Positions 11,549 through 22,801 are shown, counted from the first letter of the stretch. The stretch: 64,000 nucleotides of DNA from an uncultured Pelagibacteraceae bacterium (GCA_902564245.1 CACFAF010000002.1:37958-101957); one strand, 5' to 3'. The notes: a model not told the origin generated them from the letters alone. Translations and numbers: made by a program.

Positions 11549-13768
11549 TTAATATAGTTTTTGATTTTTGAAAAAATTCTTTAATTTAATGGGTTTTTTT
11601 TCAAGTATATATCTATAAACATTATAGTTTTCCAATACCCTTTGAACGTAATTTCTTGTTTCTCTAAACTTTATTAGCTCAATCCAGTCAACATAATCAA
11701 TTTTTTTCTTTTGAGGATCTTTATTAATTTTTTTCCAATATCTAACTCTTTTGGGTCCAGCATTATAAGCTGCTATAGCAAATGGATAAGAACCTTCATA
11801 TTCTAAAATTAATCCTGCAATATAATGTGATCCTAAATTTATATTATATTCTGGATCGGTAGTTAATCTAGACCTTGAGTAGGGCAACTTCGCCTGTTTT
11901 GCCACGAGTTTTGCCGTATAAGGCATAAGTTGCATTAATCCTTTGGCGCCGGCATGACTATTAGCTGTAATGTCAAATTCACTTTCCTGTCTAATAATAG
12001 ATAAAATAAAAGCGGATTCAGGTATTTTTCTTCCGTTGATAAAATTAGGAGTACTGATTATTGGATAATTAAAATTATTGTGAAATCTTTTCTGGTATGA
12101 AGCTATTTTTGAAATTTGAATTGCAAAATCATATCTAGATATATTTGTAGCTAATTCAGCTGCTAATATTTCACTACCTTTACTTATATTATGATTAGCT
12201 AAATGTTTTAATATATTTTTTGAATATTTATCTTTATTTAATTCATCTAATAAATAAACAATTTTTACTAATTCTTTTTGATAAAAATATTTTTTATATT
12301 TTTCATCTATTTTCATTTGTTCAGGAAGTTGAAAATCTTGATCTGGTTTAATTTTTAAATGTGCAAGCTGTCCATAATAAGTAGTAAGATACTTTGATGC
12401 TTCATTATACCATTTAAAAGATTTTTCTGTATCACCAATTTTTTCGTAGGATCTGCCCAACCAGTAAGCTCCTCTAGATAAACTAATTGGGTAACCAACA
12501 TTATTATAAAAATTTTGAAAATGTTCTTTCGCTAAGATTGGATTATTTAAGAAACTGAGTGCAATCCATCCACTCATCCATTCAGCTTCAGCAAATTCAG
12601 GACCACTAGTCATTGAGTGTTGACTGCTTATTTTGTAGGCTAATTCATATTTTTTTTTATAAATCAAGGCTCTAGAAATAATAGATCTTTCTTTCCACCA
12701 TTTATCAGGTCTAATTAAATAATCTTTATCATTTTTAATTTTTAATAGTATTTCTAGTGAACTATCAACCCTTCCTCTTTTACGTCTCCATTTAAGTCTG
12801 TCGTAATTTAATCCAGCATCATTTTTAAATTTACTTGGTACATTTTTGATAGCCTGATCTACGCCATATGATTTACTCATTAAAATTTGTCTTGCCGTAT
12901 ATAATAATCTTTCGTCTTTAGGAAGATATTTCAACATCCTTTTTAAATCCCAATATTTATTTTCCCAAGCTAGATAGTCTGCCCTTTTAATATAATCATT
13001 TGAATTTAGATATTTTTTAAATTTTTTTCTGAAAAATTTCATATTAGCACGACTTAGATCTGCTGTTATCCAGCCATCTTTAATAAGATTAATTCCTTTT
13101 TCTGTGTTGCCTGTAGCAATTAAGCTTTCCCCAAGAATTAATTTACCGTATCCACTTAAAGGTTCAGTGGCACTAAACCATTCTATTATTTTTTTTGGTG
13201 ATATGTTTTCTGTAGATAATTTATGTTCAGCTAAATATCTTAATCTACCTATTCTTGGATATTTATCATTTTTATCTATAAATGTTTTATAATCATAAAA
13301 ACTTGCATAGTTTCCAGTTTTTAATAGATGTTTCCATTGAACAAAGTTATATATAGATTTATTTTTAGCTTTTCTAGAGATAGATAGTGCATCTTTCCAT
13401 TTTCCCATTTCAAAGGATTTAACGGCTTTTTTTGCTATAGCAAAGTCTTTTTGACTAAAAAATTTTGATTTTTTTTTAATTACTTTCTTTTCTTTTTTAA
13501 CTATTAATGGTTTTTTTTTAGGTTTTAAAAATTCAATTTTTTTTTCTTTTTTAACTATTTCGATTTTCTTTTCTTTTTTTAAAATTTTTTCTTTTTTTGG
13601 TTTTGGTTTTGGTTTGATAATATTTTTTGATAATTTTTTGATTTTAGTCTCTTTGTCTAGAAAAGGTTTTTTTAAAGGTAATATTAAAGGTTCATTTGCA
13701 TAATTAAAGCTTGTAAATATTAAAATTATAGTGAATATTTTTATAAAAAAAGTTACTTCTTTAGGCAT
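11549..13768 (-). CDS. Soluble lytic murein transglycosylase (Slt70-like)
   Basis: IIRQESEF, AKGLMQLMP, AAYNAGP, ETRNYV. Signal peptide followed by a Lys-rich linker. Confidence 0.94.
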   Translation of the reverse strand: MPKEVTFFIKIFTIILIFTSFNYANEPLILPLKKPFLDKETKIKKLSKNIIKPKPKPKKEKILKKEKKIEIVKKEKKIEFLKPKKKPLIVKKEKKVIKKKSKFFSQKDFAIAKKAVKSFEMGKWKDALSISRKAKNKSIYNFVQWKHLLKTGNYASFYDYKTFIDKNDKYPRIGRLRYLAEHKLSTENISPKKIIEWFSATEPLSGYGKLILGESLIATGNTEKGINLIKDGWITADLSRANMKFFRKKFKKYLNSNDYIKRADYLAWENKYWDLKRMLKYLPKDERLLYTARQILMSKSYGVDQAIKNVPSKFKNDAGLNYDRLKWRRKRGRVDSSLEILLKIKNDKDYLIRPDKWWKERSIISRALIYKKKYELAYKISSQHSMTSGPEFAEAEWMSGWIALSFLNNPILAKEHFQNFYNNVGYPISLSRGAYWLGRSYEKIGDTEKSFKWYNEASKYLTTYYGQLAHLKIKPDQDFQLPEQMKIDEKYKKYFYQKELVKIVYLLDELNKDKYSKNILKHLANHNISKGSEILAAELATNISRYDFAIQISKIASYQKRFHNNFNYPIISTPNFINGRKIPESAFILSIIRQESEFDITANSHAGAKGLMQLMPYTAKLVAKQAKLPYSRSRLTTDPEYNINLGSHYIAGLILEYEGSYPFAIAAYNAGPKRVRYWKKINKDPQKKKIDYVDWIELIKFRETRNYVQRVLENYNVYRYILEKKPIKLKNFFKNQKLY

Positions 13769-13810
13769 ATATTTTACTAAATGAATCTATAAACTATGTT
13801 ATAAGTATTT

Positions 13811-14692
13811 ATGTTCAAAGGATCAAATGTTGCTTTAATAACCCCGTTTAAAAATAATAGGCTTGACGAAGAAGCTTATATTAAATTGATACATTTTCAT
13901 TTAAAAAATGGCACAAATGGATTAGTTCCAGCAGGTACCACAGGTGAATCTCCCACTTTAAATCATAATGAGCATGAAAAGGTTATAGAGTTATGCGTTA
14001 AAGAATCTAATGGCAAAATACCAGTTATTGCTGGCACAGGTTCAAATTCAACTGAAGAGGCAATTTCATTAACTAAGCATGCGGAGAAAGTTGGAGCAGA
14101 TGGTGCCTTAGTTGTTACACCTTATTATAACAAACCAACCCAGGAAGGTTTGTATCAACATTACAAAGCTATTAATGATAATACCAATCTACCAATAATA
14201 ATTTATAATATACCTAGTAGATGTGTAATTGATATGTCGGTCGATACAATGGCTAGATTATTTGAATTAAAAAATATTACTGGAGTAAAAGATGCGACTG
14301 GTGATTTAGATAGACTCGACCAACAGTTAAAAAAAATGGGACCTGATTTTATTTTAATGACAGGAGAAGATGGATTGGCTTTTGAATTTAACAAAAGGGG
14401 TGGTGTAGGATGTATTTCAGTAACAGCTAATATTGCTCCAAAGCTATGTTCAGATATGCAAAAATATTCTAAATCAAAATCAGATAATGAAGTTCAAGAA
14501 GCTGGAAGAATAGATCAGATACTCCAACCTCTTCATAAATCATTGTTTATTGAAAGTAACCCAGCGCCTGTTAAATATGCAGCAAAGTTATTAGGCCTTT
14601 GCGATGACGAAATAAGACTACCCCTTGTTAAGATTAAAAAAGAAACTCAAGAGGAAATTAAGAAAGCATTAAAAACTGCTGAATTAATTTAA
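13811..14692 (+). CDS. dapA: 4-hydroxy-tetrahydrodipicolinate synthase
   Basis: [36 protein letters not shown]. Confidence 0.97.
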   Translation: MFKGSNVALITPFKNNRLDEEAYIKLIHFHLKNGTNGLVPAGTTGESPTLNHNEHEKVIELCVKESNGKIPVIAGTGSNSTEEAISLTKHAEKVGADGALVVTPYYNKPTQEGLYQHYKAINDNTNLPIIIYNIPSRCVIDMSVDTMARLFELKNITGVKDATGDLDRLDQQLKKMGPDFILMTGEDGLAFEFNKRGGVGCISVTANIAPKLCSDMQKYSKSKSDNEVQEAGRIDQILQPLHKSLFIESNPAPVKYAAKLLGLCDDEIRLPLVKIKKETQEEIKKALKTAELI

Positions 14693-15162
14693 TGAAAAAA
14701 AAAACCAAGCATGGTTTAAAGATTATTAGTTTAAATAGAAAAGCTAGTTTTAATTATTTTTTTGAAAACTTGTTAGAAGCTGGAATTGTACTTAAGGGGT
14801 CGGAAATAAAATCTGTTCGTAGTGGAAAGATTAATATCGCAGACTCTTATGGTGTGGTTAAAAATGGAGAAATTTTTCTTATCAATTCGCATATAGCCAC
14901 ATATAAACAGGCTAGCTATATTAATCATGATCCAATTGAAGAAAGAAAACTTTTATTAAATAAAAAGGAAATAAATAAAATTTCAGGTAAAATTCAAAAA
15001 GAAGGTTTTAGTTTAATCCCAACTAAAATGTATTTTAAAAAAGGAAAGGCTAAAATTGAAATTGCTATAGCAAAAGGAAAAAAACAATATGACAAAAGGG
15101 AAGCTAAAAAAAAGAGTGATTGGAATAAGGATAAAGCAAGATATGTTAGAAAATCAAGTTAA
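14692..15162 (+). CDS. smpB: SsrA-binding protein
   Basis: [30 protein letters not shown]. Confidence 0.97.
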   Translation: MKKKTKHGLKIISLNRKASFNYFFENLLEAGIVLKGSEIKSVRSGKINIADSYGVVKNGEIFLINSHIATYKQASYINHDPIEERKLLLNKKEINKISGKIQKEGFSLIPTKMYFKKGKAKIEIAIAKGKKQYDKREAKKKSDWNKDKARYVRKSS

Positions 15163-15649
15163 AACTGTTTTTTTAGCCATAGGATCAAATTTAGGAAATA
15201 GATTAAAATATATAGAGTTGGCAAAATTTAAGTTACAGCTAAATAATATAAAAATTATTAGGTCGTCTAGTAATTATGAGTCATTATCATGGCCTAATCC
15301 AAAAAATCCTAAGTTTATTAATATAGTTATTAAAGTTGAAACTTATTTATCTCCTATAAAGTTATTATCTATATGTAAAAAAATAGAAAACGATTTAGGT
15401 CGAAAAAGGTTTAAAAAAAATGAGCCAAGAACTTGTGATATTGATATAATTGATTATAACCAAAAAAATCTCATTTACAAAAATTTTGATTTAAACTTAC
15501 CCCATCCTGAAATTTCTAAGCGAAATTTTGTTCTTTTACCTTTATACGAAATATCAAAATCATGGAAACACCCTAAAACTAGAGCAAACATTGGAGAAAT
15601 AATCAGTTCTTTAAATATTGAAGATTTAAGAACTATTAAACAAATCTAA
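15143..15649 (+). CDS. folK: 2-amino-4-hydroxy-6-hydroxymethyldihydropteridine diphosphokinase
   Basis: [29 protein letters not shown]. Likely start ATG 15143. Confidence 0.94.
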   Translation: MLENQVKTVFLAIGSNLGNRLKYIELAKFKLQLNNIKIIRSSSNYESLSWPNPKNPKFINIVIKVETYLSPIKLLSICKKIENDLGRKRFKKNEPRTCDIDIIDYNQKNLIYKNFDLNLPHPEISKRNFVLLPLYEISKSWKHPKTRANIGEIISSLNIEDLRTIKQI

Positions 15650-15668
15650 ATTAGTGATATAATAAATT

Positions 15669-17414
15669 ATGCTTAAATCTGATGATCTAATAAATAAAGT
15701 TAGATCTTATAACAAATTTTTAAATCCAGAAACTTTAAATAAGGCTTATGACTTTGCATTAAAAGCTCATAAAACTCAAAAAAGAGATGAGGGTGTACCA
15801 TACATCATTCATCCCATAGCAGTGGCAAGTATTTTAACAGAATTAAAATTAGATAGTGCTACTATAGCAACAGGTTTACTGCATGATACAATTGAAGATA
15901 CATACGCAACATATGAAACGATAAAAGAAGAGTTTGGACAAGAAGTAGCTGACTTAGTAGATGGAGTAACTAAAATTTCTCTATTTGAAAATCAGGCAGA
16001 GTCAAATTCAAAAGCTGAAAATTTTAGAAAACTTATTCTGGCGACATCAAAAGATATACGTGTACTTTTGGTTAAATTAGCTGACAGACTACATAATATG
16101 AGAACTATTAGATTTGTTAAAAATAAAGATAAACAACTTAGAAAAGCAACTGAAACAATGGAAATTTATGCCCCTTTAGCAGACAGAATGGGAATGCATA
16201 GAATTAGAGATGAATTGGAAGATCTTTCGTTTCAAGTGTTAAACAATGAAGCAAGAGAACTTATCAAAAAAAGGCTAGATGAGATAAAAGAAGATAAAGT
16301 TAATTCATTTAATTCAATTTCATATCAATTTAGTGATTTATTAAACCAACACAAAATAGAAGCTGAAATAATTGGAAGAGAAAAAACACCATTTTCTATA
16401 TGGAGAAAAGTTCAAAAAAAAAGAATTTCTTTAGAACAAATTACAGATATCATAGGATTTAGAATAATTTTAAAATCAGTTGAAGATTGCTATAAAGCTC
16501 TTGGAATTTTTCATCGTGAATGGAATTGTATACCAGGAAAATTTAAAGATTATATTTCATCACCAAAAATTAACAAATATCAATCTTTACATACTTCAAT
16601 TATAGGACCAAATAGAAGACCAATTGAAATTCAAATTAGAACAATGCCTATGCACGAATTTGCAGAAAGAGGTATAGCATCACATTGGAAATATAAATCT
16701 TCTGAAAAGTTTAATTCATTAACTTGGAAAGAATACGAATGGTTAAAAGACCTTGTAGAAATAATAAATAGAAATGAAAATCCAGAACATTTTTTTGAGT
16801 ATACAAAATTACAAATGTTTCAAGAGAATGTTTTTTGTTTTACTCCAAAAGGTTCAGTCATTAAATTGCCTAAAGATGCTACACCTGTAGATTTTGCTTA
16901 CGCTGTCCATACTAAAATAGGAGACACCGCTATAGGCTGTGAAATTAATGGTAAAGAAAGTGAATTACAGAGTATTTTAAGAAATGGAGACATTGTTAAA
17001 ATTATTACTTCAAAAAAAAAGTCACCCTCACTTCACTGGATATCAATCACAAAAACAGGAAAAGCAAGATCTGCAATCAGAAAATATTGGCATACAAAAG
17101 GTGAGGAAAAAGCACAACGTATAAAGAAATATAACACAACATTGTGGATTTCTCTGCCTGACAAACCAGGCAAATTAGGTGAAGTAACTACGTTACTTGG
17201 AGATCATAAGATTAATATTTCAAGTGTAGAAATGAAAGAAAAAACTAAAGAATATATAAATTTTAGGTTTAATCTAATCATTGGTAATCTGAAAAACTTT
17301 ACAAATTTTATCAGTGAGTTAAAACAAAAAGAAATAAAATTTAAAATCATAAGACATGAGAACAAAAGAAATGCTTTCACACAAAAAATCTTTAAATATT
17401 TTAAAAAAAACTAA
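15669..17414 (+). CDS. spoT: Bifunctional (p)ppGpp synthetase/hydrolase (long RSH, shortened C-terminal region)
   Basis: LLHDTIED hydrolase motif, KLADRLHNMRT, KFKDYI/YQSLHT synthetase motifs, TGS (TPVDFAYAVHT), C-terminal ACT. Confidence 0.95.
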   Translation: MLKSDDLINKVRSYNKFLNPETLNKAYDFALKAHKTQKRDEGVPYIIHPIAVASILTELKLDSATIATGLLHDTIEDTYATYETIKEEFGQEVADLVDGVTKISLFENQAESNSKAENFRKLILATSKDIRVLLVKLADRLHNMRTIRFVKNKDKQLRKATETMEIYAPLADRMGMHRIRDELEDLSFQVLNNEARELIKKRLDEIKEDKVNSFNSISYQFSDLLNQHKIEAEIIGREKTPFSIWRKVQKKRISLEQITDIIGFRIILKSVEDCYKALGIFHREWNCIPGKFKDYISSPKINKYQSLHTSIIGPNRRPIEIQIRTMPMHEFAERGIASHWKYKSSEKFNSLTWKEYEWLKDLVEIINRNENPEHFFEYTKLQMFQENVFCFTPKGSVIKLPKDATPVDFAYAVHTKIGDTAIGCEINGKESELQSILRNGDIVKIITSKKKSPSLHWISITKTGKARSAIRKYWHTKGEEKAQRIKKYNTTLWISLPDKPGKLGEVTTLLGDHKINISSVEMKEKTKEYINFRFNLIIGNLKNFTNFISELKQKEIKFKIIRHENKRNAFTQKIFKYFKKN

Positions 17415-17958
17415 TGCTCTTCTGGAGGGTCATTTTGTTTTATCTTCAGGACTTCATTCATCAAAATATATTCAATGTGCAAAATTATTAAGTTTTCCAC
17501 ATCTTTCTAACAAAATTTGCTTATCTTTAGCAAATAAAGTTAAAAAAAATTTTAAAAAAATTGATATTATTTTGTCACCTGCTATGGGAGGAATTGTTAT
17601 TGGTTATGAGATTGGAAGACTATTGAGAAAGGAAACAATTTTTTGTGAAAGAGTCAATGGAAAGTTTAAACTCAGAAGGGGCTTTCATATAAAAAGAAAT
17701 TCAAGAGTATTAATAGTCGAAGATGTTATAACAACTGGTAAATCAAGTCTGGAATGTGCAAATTTAATAAAAAAAGCGAAAGCTAAAATTGTTGGTTTTG
17801 TCTCAATAATAGACAGATCAAATAAAAAAGTTTTAAGAATTAAAAAAAAAATTATTTCTCAAATTAAAATAGACGTACCATCATATAAAAAAAAAGATTT
17901 ACCAAAAGATCTGAAATCTATATCAATTACAAAACCAGGCAGTAGATTCCTTAAATGA
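17371..17958 (+). CDS. pyrE: Orotate phosphoribosyltransferase
   Basis: GHFVLSSGLHS, VLIVEDVITTGKS. Likely start ATG 17371. Confidence 0.95.
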   Translation: MLSHKKSLNILKKTNALLEGHFVLSSGLHSSKYIQCAKLLSFPHLSNKICLSLANKVKKNFKKIDIILSPAMGGIVIGYEIGRLLRKETIFCERVNGKFKLRRGFHIKRNSRVLIVEDVITTGKSSLECANLIKKAKAKIVGFVSIIDRSNKKVLRIKKKIISQIKIDVPSYKKKDLPKDLKSISITKPGSRFLK

Positions 17959-18674
17959 GAAGATTAGGCGTAAATATCGATCATATCGCAACCCTTAGAA
18001 ATGCGAGAGGTGAAAAACATCCAGATCTTTTAAAAGCTGCAAAGCTTATAACAAGTTATGGTGCTGATTCAATTACTCTTCATTTACGAGAAGACAGAAG
18101 ACATATAAAGGATTCAGATGTAGCTAAAATTTGTAAACAAAAAAAAATTTCTGTTAACTTGGAAATGGCAGCAAATGATGAAATATTAAAAATTGCATTA
18201 AAAAATAAACCTAAATATGTTTGTATAGTACCAGAAAAAAGAAATGAAATTACTACAGAAGGTGGACTTAATCTAATAAAGAATAAAAATAAAATTAAAA
18301 AGATTATTAATAAACTTAAAAGAAATAAAATTAGAACTAGTCTTTTTATAAACCCAAGTATTAAAGATATTAATTTATCTAAAACATTAGAAACTGAATG
18401 TATTGAATTACACACAGGTAAATTGTCTAATTTGATAAAATCAAAAAAAAAATTTCTTAAAGAATTTAATAAGATAAAAAGATGCTCGACACTAGCAAAT
18501 AATTTAGGATTAGAGGTTCATGCTGGACATGGAATGGATTATAAAACCACTAAAATATTATCAAAAATTAAGGTTATAAAAGAATTTAATATCGGCCACT
18601 TTATTATTGGTGAATCTATATTCTTAGGCTTAAAAAAGATTATTAAAAAATTTAGAATTTTATCAAAAAGATAA
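17955..18674 (+). CDS. pdxJ: Pyridoxine 5'-phosphate synthase
   Basis: LGVNIDHIATLRNARG, HLREDRRHI, TTEGG, AGHG, NIGH. Confidence 0.97.
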   Translation: MRRLGVNIDHIATLRNARGEKHPDLLKAAKLITSYGADSITLHLREDRRHIKDSDVAKICKQKKISVNLEMAANDEILKIALKNKPKYVCIVPEKRNEITTEGGLNLIKNKNKIKKIINKLKRNKIRTSLFINPSIKDINLSKTLETECIELHTGKLSNLIKSKKKFLKEFNKIKRCSTLANNLGLEVHAGHGMDYKTTKILSKIKVIKEFNIGHFIIGESIFLGLKKIIKKFRILSKR

Positions 18675-18676
18675 TT

Positions 18677-19060
18677 ATGAAAATTTCAGGAATAGGTATT
18701 GATATTATAGAAAATATTAGAATCAAAAAATCGATTAGAAATAAAAGATTTATTAATAGAATTTTTACCAAAAAAGAAATTTTAAATTCAAAAAAAATAA
18801 AAAATCCTTTTTCCTATTATGCTAAAAGATATGCTGCAAAAGAAGCTTTTGTTAAATCTATAGGAATTGGCTTCCGAGATGGTTTTAATTTTAAAGATAT
18901 ATCAATAATTAATGATAATCTTGGAAAACCATCTTTTTTAATAACAAAAAAAATTAAAAATTTGATAAATAAAAGATTTAAAACTAATTCTTTTAATTTC
19001 TTTCTATCAATTTCTGATGAAAAAAAATACTCTATAGCATTTGTAATATTTCAAAAATAA
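18677..19060 (+). CDS. acpS: Holo-[acyl-carrier-protein] synthase
   Basis: GIGIDI, RYAAKEAFVKS, GKP, SISDE. Confidence 0.96.
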   Translation: MKISGIGIDIIENIRIKKSIRNKRFINRIFTKKEILNSKKIKNPFSYYAKRYAAKEAFVKSIGIGFRDGFNFKDISIINDNLGKPSFLITKKIKNLINKRFKTNSFNFFLSISDEKKYSIAFVIFQK

Positions 19061-19800
19061 TGAAGCTAAACAAAAATTTTTTTATTGATAATCTAAAAAC
19101 ACTATTTTATGCATTAATAATTGCAATTTTAATTAGATCAATTCTATTACAACCTTTTTACATTCCATCATCATCTATGGAACCCAATCTACTAATTGGG
19201 GACAGATTATTTGTAACAAAATACTCGTATGGTTATAGTAAACATTCCTTTCCATTTAGCCCACCAATATTTAATGGAAGAATATTCTCATCTAATCCTG
19301 AAAGAGGTGATGTAGTAGTTTTTAAGACACCAGTGGATAATAGAACCGATTATATAAAAAGGCTTATAGGTCTACCTGGTGATAGCATACAATTCATTGA
19401 TGGTCATCTATATTTAAATAATAATGAAATATTAAAAACAAAAACATCACTTAAAGAAAAAATTTATTGTGGTGGAAAAAAAAATGTTGAAGTTAATACA
19501 TTTGAGGAAAAACTTCCCAACGGCAAAATATATACAACAGTATATAGAACAGATTTTACTTTCAAAAATTCTGATAAATTTATAATACCTAAAAACCATT
19601 ACTTCTTTTTAGGTGATAATCGTGATTGCTCAAAAGATAGTAGGTATCTCACAAGTGTTGGTTATGTACATAAAGATAATTTAGTTGGGAAAGCTCAATT
19701 TATATTTTTTTCGTCGGATTATAGAATAGCAAGCATAATTAAATTCTGGAAATGGGATGAGACAATAAGATTTAAAAGATTTTTTAAAAGAATAAAATAA
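19060..19800 (+). CDS. lepB: Signal peptidase I
   Basis: IPSSSMEP, DYIKRLIGLPGD, GDNRDCSKDSR. Confidence 0.97.
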   Translation: MKLNKNFFIDNLKTLFYALIIAILIRSILLQPFYIPSSSMEPNLLIGDRLFVTKYSYGYSKHSFPFSPPIFNGRIFSSNPERGDVVVFKTPVDNRTDYIKRLIGLPGDSIQFIDGHLYLNNNEILKTKTSLKEKIYCGGKKNVEVNTFEEKLPNGKIYTTVYRTDFTFKNSDKFIIPKNHYFFLGDNRDCSKDSRYLTSVGYVHKDNLVGKAQFIFFSSDYRIASIIKFWKWDETIRFKRFFKRIK

Positions 19801-20465
19801 TGGATTCTAATTTTTTAAAACTCCAAAAAAAAATCAATATTAGATTTAATGATTTAAATTTGTTAAAAAAAAGCTTAACACATAAAAGTTTTGACTCAAT
19901 AAATAGCTATGAAAAATTAGAATTTCTTGGTGATAGAATTTTAGGGTTAGTAATATCTGAAAAATTATTAGAAATATATCCAGAGGAAAATGAAGGTAGT
20001 TTAGATAAGAAATTAGCATCTTTAGTAAACAAAAAGAAATGTTTAGAAATAGCTAAATCAATAAGTTTAGAAAATTATATTTCAGTAGCAAAAAAAAAAG
20101 GGAAAGAAATTAAAATAGAAGACAAAATTATTTCAGATGCTTGTGAAGCTCTAATTGGAGCCATTTATTTAGATAAAGGATTGTTAGAAACTAAAAGATT
20201 TATAATAAAACTTTGGAAGGATCATTTAAAGGCTAGCAAAATTACTTATATAGATGCAAAAACTAAACTTCAGGAATATTCATTAAAAAAATTTAAGAAA
20301 TTACCAATCTATAAGTTGATTGAAAATTCTGGACCAAGACATAAGCCAATATTTAATGTAGCTGTCAGATTAGAAAATTCAAAATTTATTAATGCAAAAG
20401 GAAATTCAAAAAAAGACGCTGAACAAAAAGCAGCAACTTTATTCATGAAAAGTTTGGAAAAGTAA
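19800..20465 (+). CDS. rnc: Ribonuclease III
   Basis: EKLEFLGDRIL, DACEALIGAIYLD, dsRBD (KTKLQEY...KKDAEQKAA). Confidence 0.97.
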   Translation: MDSNFLKLQKKINIRFNDLNLLKKSLTHKSFDSINSYEKLEFLGDRILGLVISEKLLEIYPEENEGSLDKKLASLVNKKKCLEIAKSISLENYISVAKKKGKEIKIEDKIISDACEALIGAIYLDKGLLETKRFIIKLWKDHLKASKITYIDAKTKLQEYSLKKFKKLPIYKLIENSGPRHKPIFNVAVRLENSKFINAKGNSKKDAEQKAATLFMKSLEK

Positions 20466-21145
20466 TGAATTGGGATGACAAAGGTTTTTTAATATCGAAA
20501 ACAAAATATAATGAAAATTCAATTATAGCTGAATTTTTTACAATGAATTATGGAAAAGTTTCAGGCATTTTATTTGGTGCAACTTCAAGAAAAATTAAAA
20601 ATTATTTACAAATAGGAAATAATTTCCATGTTAATTATACATTTAAAAATGAGAGTAAAATAGGTTATTTTAAAATTGAAATAATTAAAGCTCAAACCCC
20701 ATTATATTTTGATAATAAAAAAAAACTTTTATGTTTAAATACAGCTATAAACCTAGTTAAGATTCTAACCGCAGATCTTCAAAGTAATAAAAATATTTAC
20801 GATTTAATAAATAATTTTTTTGAAATTTTGCCATTAAATCATTGGATTAAAGAATATATATATTGGGAATTAAAACTTTTAAAACAATTAGGTTATGATC
20901 TTGAATTAAAAAGTCTAGTTAATGAAGAAAAAAAAGATAACAAAATAAAATATTATGTAAAGAGTCAAAATGGAATTAAAACCATTCCAAATTTTCTGAT
21001 TAATCATAATACTAATGATGTTGATGAATCTGATTTAATTAATGGCTTGAATCTTGTAGGTGATTACTTAGATAAAAGTGTTTTTAAACCTAACAATATT
21101 AATTATCCTAACTCAAGAACTGATTTTATAAATATCTTAAAATAA
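20465..21145 (+). CDS. recO: DNA repair protein RecO
   Basis: MNWDDKG...YNENSII...YGKVSG, WELKLLKQLGY; position after rnc. Confidence 0.9.
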   Translation: MNWDDKGFLISKTKYNENSIIAEFFTMNYGKVSGILFGATSRKIKNYLQIGNNFHVNYTFKNESKIGYFKIEIIKAQTPLYFDNKKKLLCLNTAINLVKILTADLQSNKNIYDLINNFFEILPLNHWIKEYIYWELKLLKQLGYDLELKSLVNEEKKDNKIKYYVKSQNGIKTIPNFLINHNTNDVDESDLINGLNLVGDYLDKSVFKPNNINYPNSRTDFINILK

Positions 21146-21146
21146 T

Positions 21147-22136
21147 TTAACTAATTATTTTTTTTATTCTATCAGCATAATATGTCACAATTGCACTGGC
21201 ACCAGCTCTTTTAAAGGACATTAAAGTTTCTAAAATTATTTCTTTATTAATAATTCCTTTTTTTATTCCATTAGAAATTAAACTATATTCTCCCGATACT
21301 TGATATGCAAAAACTGGAATTTTGAAGTTTTCTTTTACAGCTTTAATTACATCAAGGTATGGCAATCCTGGTTTTACCATTACCATGTCAGCACCTTCTT
21401 TGATATCTAGAGCTACTTCTCTTAAGGCTTCAGATCTATTTCTATAGTCCATTTGATAATTCTTTTTATCTCCCACTAGTAGTTTTTTTGATCCTACAGC
21501 ATCACGAAAAGGTCCATAATAACTTGAAGCATATTTTGCTGCATAAGAAAGTATCTGTACTAAATGAAATCCGTTTTTATCTAAAGCCTTACGTATTTTT
21601 CCAACTCGACCATCCATCATGTCAGATGGAGCAATCACATCACATCCCATTTCTGCTTGTAATACAGATTGTTTAATTAATATTTCAATTGTTTCATCAT
21701 TTAAAACATAATTTGATTTTAATAAGCCGTCATGACCGTGTGAAGTGTAAGGATCAAGAGCTACATCACACATGATACCAATTTTATTTTTATATCTTTT
21801 TTTAATATATCGTATTCCTTTGCATACAAGATTTTCTTCATTTAGTGCTTCTGACCCAATTTTATTTTTTTTTTTAGGATTTGTGTAAGGAAATAATGCA
21901 ACCATTGGTATCTTATTTTTTAAAGATTTATCTATAATTTCGTCCAATCTATCTACTGTATATCTATAGACATCTGGCATTGAATTAACTTCTTGTTTTT
22001 TATTTTTCCCATCAATAAGAAAAATTGGTAAGATAAAATCATTAGAAGAAAGGGTATTTTCTTCTATTAATTTTCTTGACCAATTATTTTTTCTACTTCT
22101 TCTAAGCCTTAGATTAGGGTAATTTCCAGTAATCAT
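21147..22136 (-). CDS. hemB: Porphobilinogen synthase (Asp-rich, non-Zn type)
   Basis: DVALDPYTSHGHDG, APSDMMDGR, YGPFRDA, MVKPG, YQVSGEY. Confidence 0.97.
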   Translation of the reverse strand: MITGNYPNLRLRRSRKNNWSRKLIEENTLSSNDFILPIFLIDGKNKKQEVNSMPDVYRYTVDRLDEIIDKSLKNKIPMVALFPYTNPKKKNKIGSEALNEENLVCKGIRYIKKRYKNKIGIMCDVALDPYTSHGHDGLLKSNYVLNDETIEILIKQSVLQAEMGCDVIAPSDMMDGRVGKIRKALDKNGFHLVQILSYAAKYASSYYGPFRDAVGSKKLLVGDKKNYQMDYRNRSEALREVALDIKEGADMVMVKPGLPYLDVIKAVKENFKIPVFAYQVSGEYSLISNGIKKGIINKEIILETLMSFKRAGASAIVTYYADRIKKIIS

Positions 22137-22209
22137 AATTTAATTTATTTATAAAATGCGACAAAAGTAATATACAAATATATAATAAAAGATATAAAAA
22201 ACAATCGTC

Positions 22210-22800
22210 ATGAATTTAGATTTTAATGATTTTCAAAAACAGGATCTGAAATTTGATATAACAAAACTTCAAAAAGCTTATTATCAAATAATAAAAAGTA
22301 AAAAATTTGAAGATGGTGGTGGTATAGCAAATTTTGGAGCCATATCATTAACCCAGATTCCAGGAGATCCAGATTCAATTAAAGGAAGTAAAGCAAGAGG
22401 TATTTTTTGGACAAGACCGGACTCAACCGGAAAAGAAGTTATCCGAGATATACAAATAGATGAATCAGCGTATTCAGAATTTATTGTAGATTATAAGGAT
22501 ACTTATTTTAAAGAAGTATATGAAAAACTTTCTTCGAAATATAAATTAGGAAGAGTAAGAATTTTATTAAAAAAACCAAGAACTACGCTTAGTTGGCATA
22601 GAGACCCTGAGCCACGACTACATATACCAATAATTACAAATCCAGGTGCAATAATGGTTATTGATAATGTTGCAAAACATATGCCCGCTGATGGATCTGT
22701 ATGGATTACAAACAACACAAAATATCACAATGCATTTAATGGTGGAGAAGAAGATAGAATTCATCTAGTTGCATGTGTTTTAAATCATAAATTTAATTAA
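22210..22800 (+). CDS. Aspartyl/asparaginyl beta-hydroxylase-domain (2OG-Fe(II) oxygenase-like) protein
   Basis: WHRD...RLHIPI...HNAFNGGEEDRIHLV facial-triad pattern. Confidence 0.75.
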   Translation: MNLDFNDFQKQDLKFDITKLQKAYYQIIKSKKFEDGGGIANFGAISLTQIPGDPDSIKGSKARGIFWTRPDSTGKEVIRDIQIDESAYSEFIVDYKDTYFKEVYEKLSSKYKLGRVRILLKKPRTTLSWHRDPEPRLHIPIITNPGAIMVIDNVAKHMPADGSVWITNNTKYHNAFNGGEEDRIHLVACVLNHKFN

Positions 22801-22801
22801 T

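Noticed and set aside
13460-13680. Quasi-repetitive T-rich tract
   Set aside because: It encodes the Lys-rich KKEKKI linker of the lytic transglycosylase; not a CRISPR array or independent repeat.
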